Below, one piece after another: positions 46,927 through 52,285 of a DNA stretch of 52,285 bases. A program made the translations under genes and the position numbers. The notes under the pieces were generated by a model, which searched no databases, was not told where the DNA came from, and saw only the letters and a list, made by a program, of their open reading frames with translations. Numbering within the stretch: the first letter of the stretch is position 1; the number at the start of each line of letters is the position of its first letter. This DNA is from Verrucomicrobiota bacterium (GTDB taxonomy: Bacteria; Verrucomicrobiota; Verrucomicrobiia; Limisphaerales; Palsa-1400), in assembly GCA_049510745.1 (NCBI GenBank), contig JBEKYR010000039.1:1-52285 (forward strand), given 5' to 3'.

Positions 46927-47808
46927 TTGATTTGTTCCGATGCCTTGAACTTTCCGGGTCAATTTTTCATATTCGAACTGCTGCGGCTGCGTCGTGTGCT
47001 GCGTCCGGACCCGGTCTTCATCATCGGCATGCATCGGAGCGGCACTTCCGCGTTGGGCGGCGTTTTGGAACCGCTCGGGCTGACGGTGGGAAAAGCAGTC
47101 ATGCCACCCCATCCCGAAGGCGGGAATCCCAAGGGCTTCTACGAAAACCTCGCCCTGATGCAGCTTCACGACAGATTCCTGGCATCCATCGGCTCCGTCT
47201 GGCGGGATTATGAACCAGTGATCCGGAAACGATTTCGAGGCGGCAACGCGCGCCGGTTCCGAAAGGAATTGCTTGGACTGCTGATCGAGGAATTCGGGTT
47301 GGACCGCCCTCTGATCAAAGACCCCCGCCTGTGCCGGTTGATGCCTTTGTGGTTGCCGCTGATCAAAAGACATTTTCCGCGAGCCCGCTTCATTCTGCCC
47401 ATTCGGCATCCCGTGGAGGTCGCCTATTCTCTGCGCCAACGCGATCACCTCACGCTGGACCAGGGCCTCAAGCTCTGGGTTGTCCACGTGCTTGAAGCCG
47501 AAAGAACGACGCGCGGCTTCCCCCGCCTCTTTACCACCTACGATCAATTGATGCAGTCTCCCGTCGAGACTGTCCTCCGCCTGGCAAAAAGCCTGGAGCT
47601 TTCGGAGGACGCCGTCGCCGCCGCTGTTTCCAGGCAGATCGACTTCACGTTGCGGCACCACAGGGAACTGCCCTGGCCGGCGGGCGAACCCCACGGAGAG
47701 TTGACCCTTGCCATTCATCAGACGCTCGTGTCCGGGGAGGCGGCCAGGGAGAAAAAGTTAGACCGGCTTCGCCGCGAGTATTATCGGCGGATGGGTTGGC
47801 GCCGCTGA
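46927..47808 (+). CDS. Sulfotransferase-family protein
   Basis: IIGMHRSGTS (5'-PSB loop), NPKGFYE, KDPR, RHP.EVA.SL; start uncertain. Confidence 0.85.
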   Translation: MICSDALNFPGQFFIFELLRLRRVLRPDPVFIIGMHRSGTSALGGVLEPLGLTVGKAVMPPHPEGGNPKGFYENLALMQLHDRFLASIGSVWRDYEPVIRKRFRGGNARRFRKELLGLLIEEFGLDRPLIKDPRLCRLMPLWLPLIKRHFPRARFILPIRHPVEVAYSLRQRDHLTLDQGLKLWVVHVLEAERTTRGFPRLFTTYDQLMQSPVETVLRLAKSLELSEDAVAAAVSRQIDFTLRHHRELPWPAGEPHGELTLAIHQTLVSGEAAREKKLDRLRREYYRRMGWRR

Positions 47809-47844
47809 CCGGCTTTTCCAGTTGTTCTTGCGCGAGTCCCTGGC

Positions 47845-48849
47845 TCAACTGGCCGGAGGGGAAGGTTTCTCCGGCCACTCCTTCGCCGGGGCCAGGAAGC
47901 GGGACAAACGCCGCAGCCGTTTTTTGACCGACCGCACCTGCCTGCGGCAAAAACGAACCACCTCACCCGTGATCCAAAAAACCGGCCGCCACAGCGGGAA
48001 GACGGACTGACGATAGCGCGTCTGAAGCGCGGCCGCTTCGATCTGCCGCGTGCGTCGCGCCGTCCGGCCCAAATGATCGGCCACGTACAACCGCTGCCAG
48101 GCCGAACTCTCTTCCCACAGCCAGGGTTTGTCGTAGTTCATCAACAACCGGGTGTATTCCTTGTCTCCGATTTGCTGGGCGGCATTGAGCTTGGTTTGCT
48201 GGCGGGGATGCACTCGGAAACAACACAGCGGCCGGGGTGTGTAGGCAAAATCTCCCTGTTCCAGCAGGTGAAACCACATCTCCAAATCCACCAACTGTTG
48301 GAAGCCCCCGTCGAAACCCCGCCCCGCCTTGTCGCGACGGAACAGGACGGCCGACGGTTCGCCGATTAAATTCTGGTTCCGCGCCAGGCATTGCAAAATG
48401 GTTTTCCTGCCGGGATGGCGGCCCGCCGCGCCAAAGGGCGCCCAGAGGTCGATCTGATGCGACGCTTCATCAATGATCAGGCGCCCGCTGGCCGCCAGCA
48501 CAAGGGCGGCATCGGCCTCCAACATCGAGACCAGGAGGCCGAGGGCGGTTGGGTCGGCCAATTTGTCGTCGCCGAAGAGGAATTTGACATAGTGGCCGCG
48601 GGCGGCGGCCAGGCAGCGGTTCCAATTGGCCACCATGCCGAGGTTGGCGGGGTTGATTTCAAAGCGAAGTTGAGGATGCCGCCCGGCATAGCGCCCAGCC
48701 ACCTGGCGGCTGTCGTCGGCGGAACAGTCATCAATAATAATAAGCTCGTAATCCTGGAAGTCCTGCGCCAGGACCGATTCGATCGCCTCGCCCAGAAACC
48801 GCCCGTAGTTGTACGTCGGCATCAGGACACTGACCTTGGGCGCTTTCAT
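47845..48849 (-). CDS. Glycosyltransferase family 2
   Basis: VSVLMPTYN, IIDDCS.D, NLGMVANWN, GEPSAVLFR. Confidence 0.92.
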   Translation of the reverse strand: MKAPKVSVLMPTYNYGRFLGEAIESVLAQDFQDYELIIIDDCSADDSRQVAGRYAGRHPQLRFEINPANLGMVANWNRCLAAARGHYVKFLFGDDKLADPTALGLLVSMLEADAALVLAASGRLIIDEASHQIDLWAPFGAAGRHPGRKTILQCLARNQNLIGEPSAVLFRRDKAGRGFDGGFQQLVDLEMWFHLLEQGDFAYTPRPLCCFRVHPRQQTKLNAAQQIGDKEYTRLLMNYDKPWLWEESSAWQRLYVADHLGRTARRTRQIEAAALQTRYRQSVFPLWRPVFWITGEVVRFCRRQVRSVKKRLRRLSRFLAPAKEWPEKPSPPAS

Positions 48850-48885
48850 GTCAGATTAAAACTCTGCCTCCTTTTGGCCGGCAAG

Positions 48886-50034
48886 TCAGTCAGAAAAATC
48901 AGGCCGCTCCACTCCGGCCCATGGCCTTCCGCCGGCCGCCAGGCCGCCGCCCAGGGGGAGTAATTCCGCCGCGGCCTGGATGGCGCACGCCACGTGTTCC
49001 TCCTTCCCCAACACGACGCATCGCACGTGTTTTTCGCGGTGGTAATGCACCGGGTTGCTGCCGCGGAAAACGGCCAGGGTGGGGACTCCGAGCGCCACCG
49101 CCATGTGGTAAGGGCCGCTGTCCGTCGAGATAAACAGTGCGCAGGCCCGGATCAGCCCGGCCAACTCCAACAGGCTGGTCTGCCCGGCCAGATCATGCAC
49201 CAAGTGTTTCCGGCTGGGCGGCCACAGGCCGGCGAATTCCTGGTTGATGGCCCGCTCAAAGTTCGCGCCCGTCAGCACGATCACCGCGTCGTGTGCCTTC
49301 TGCACCTCTTCGACCAAACGGCACAAAGACCTCAGGCTGGGTCTCTTGACGACGGCGTCGGGTGTGCCGCAGCCGATGTTGACTCCGATAATCGTCGCGT
49401 CCGGCGGGAGGCGGAATTTTTCCCGGAAGGATTCCCGAAAAATCCTGCCTTCGTCGGTTTCCTCCAGTTCAATCGGAAGGCCGTTGCGCTCAATTTGCAG
49501 CGCGGAAAGGCAGACAAAATCGCGGCCGGTGTATTCCAGCGGGAACTCCAGTCCGCGCCGCCGGGCGAACTCGGCGGTGGAAACGGAGACCAGGTCATAG
49601 AAGGCGCCGCGCAAAGGGAATTGGCCGATGCCCGCCGTCACGGCACCGCCGGCGTGCCCCAGCCGCCAGGCGGCGAAGGCCGAATACAAGCCCGCCGGTT
49701 CAAAATCGATGACCAGGTCGGGCCTGACGGTCCTGGCCGCGTGGGCGGCCCAGGCGGAGAGCCTGGGCCATCCCCGGAGGCGGCCCATTCGTTTGTCAAC
49801 AGCAAGGAACCCATGCAGCAGATGGTGGCGGGCGATCAAGGATTCGGAGGCGTAGCCCGGTTCGCCGGTAAAGAGCGCCAGATGCAGCTCGGTTTTGGGA
49901 AAGGCATTCTTCAAGGCGCGCCACGCCGCCGAACTTCGCAGGAGATCGCCGATGCCGGCGCTGTGGCCTTTGAGCATCAGAATGCGTTCGGGCAGTTTTC
50001 CGAATCTATCCAGGTATGTTTGTGCGGGTGTCAT
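48886..50034 (-). CDS. Glycosyltransferase family 9 (heptosyltransferase-like)
   Basis: GIGDLL, DLAGQTSL.EL, FISTDSGPYHMAVALGVPT. Confidence 0.9.
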   Translation of the reverse strand: MTPAQTYLDRFGKLPERILMLKGHSAGIGDLLRSSAAWRALKNAFPKTELHLALFTGEPGYASESLIARHHLLHGFLAVDKRMGRLRGWPRLSAWAAHAARTVRPDLVIDFEPAGLYSAFAAWRLGHAGGAVTAGIGQFPLRGAFYDLVSVSTAEFARRRGLEFPLEYTGRDFVCLSALQIERNGLPIELEETDEGRIFRESFREKFRLPPDATIIGVNIGCGTPDAVVKRPSLRSLCRLVEEVQKAHDAVIVLTGANFERAINQEFAGLWPPSRKHLVHDLAGQTSLLELAGLIRACALFISTDSGPYHMAVALGVPTLAVFRGSNPVHYHREKHVRCVVLGKEEHVACAIQAAAELLPLGGGLAAGGRPWAGVERPDFSD

Positions 50035-50184
50035 GCCGGCGGCCAAAGAGCAGGGGATCCACCGCGTTGTTCGTGAGGCGCACCCTGCCAGCGGGATGCG
50101 GCGCGGTCAAACCAATTTACGGCCGGCGGCGGGCGAAATTTCTCGCCAAAGCGCGGGCGCCGCCGCAGACTGGGGGCAGGTTGC

Positions 50185-52029
<1,845 letters not shown>

Positions 52030-52139
52030 CTGATGCCGGGAGCCGGATTCCTCGCTTAAGTGCTTTCCGCTTTGCGCCGATAACCGGTAAGCGACCATTG
52101 CCGTGGGCAGTGCGGCCCGCTTTGCTCGCGGCGACACGC

Positions 52140-52285
52140 ATGAAAAATGAACCCGTTTTTCCATGGAAAGAGGCGGCGGCCCTGATGGGGCTGACGGCAA
52201 CGCCGTTGTCGGCGCAAAGTTTGACCACCGGCTATTCCAACACCCTCGGCCTCGGCGCCGCGGGCGGGATCATCCTCCTTCTTCT
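52140..52285 (+). CDS. Partial membrane protein (runs off the window)
   Basis: Open from ATG 52140: MKNEPVFPWKEAAALMGL...AAGGIILLL. Confidence 0.4.
   Translation, partial: MKNEPVFPWKEAAALMGLTATPLSAQSLTTGYSNTLGLGAAGGIILLL

Overview
High-GC bacterial chromosome segment. The protein repertoire (GloVer-type propeller repeats, ...FYRV-ending secreted Ig proteins) points to Verrucomicrobiota, probably Pedosphaera-like; this is an inference. (i) Bases 1-~11980 look like the right part of a lower-GC integrated element. It has hairpin-rich non-coding DNA with GCGNAGC mini-hairpins, a secreted TPR-CHAT protease, three small exported proteins, and an ECF sigma/anti-sigma pair with two copies of a cognate-looking promoter. 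It also carries a stand-alone SIR2-like gene, a GNAT-like gene, an ImmA/ImmR/Cro-like switch, a gene-V-like SSB coupled to a minimal HUH rolling-circle Rep, an excisionase-like gene and a degenerate tRNA-3'-end-like att candidate. (ii) Next come a secreted S74-chaperone fibre protein with partner and LuxR-type regulator, prmC-murA, a PQQ-like propeller, a 1668-aa Ig-repeat protein and a ~1820-aa S53 protease. (iii) A low-GC islet with a T5orf172/GIY-YIG gene is followed by rpiB, a PIN toxin-antitoxin pair, an aminotransferase, clpX and clpP. (iv) A surface-glycan/LPS cluster encodes glycosyltransferases, two methyltransferases, a sulfotransferase and an MsbA-like ABC exporter. Non-autonomous mobile elements: a 170-bp IS66-type MITE with a perfect 8-bp target duplication, and a TIR/TSD-bounded cassette carrying a four-helix-bundle gene inside nested inverted repeats, next to an orphan structured region resembling an IS110 non-coding end. 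No intact rRNA, tRNA or CRISPR array was recognised. All domain calls come from motif recognition by eye, not database searches.
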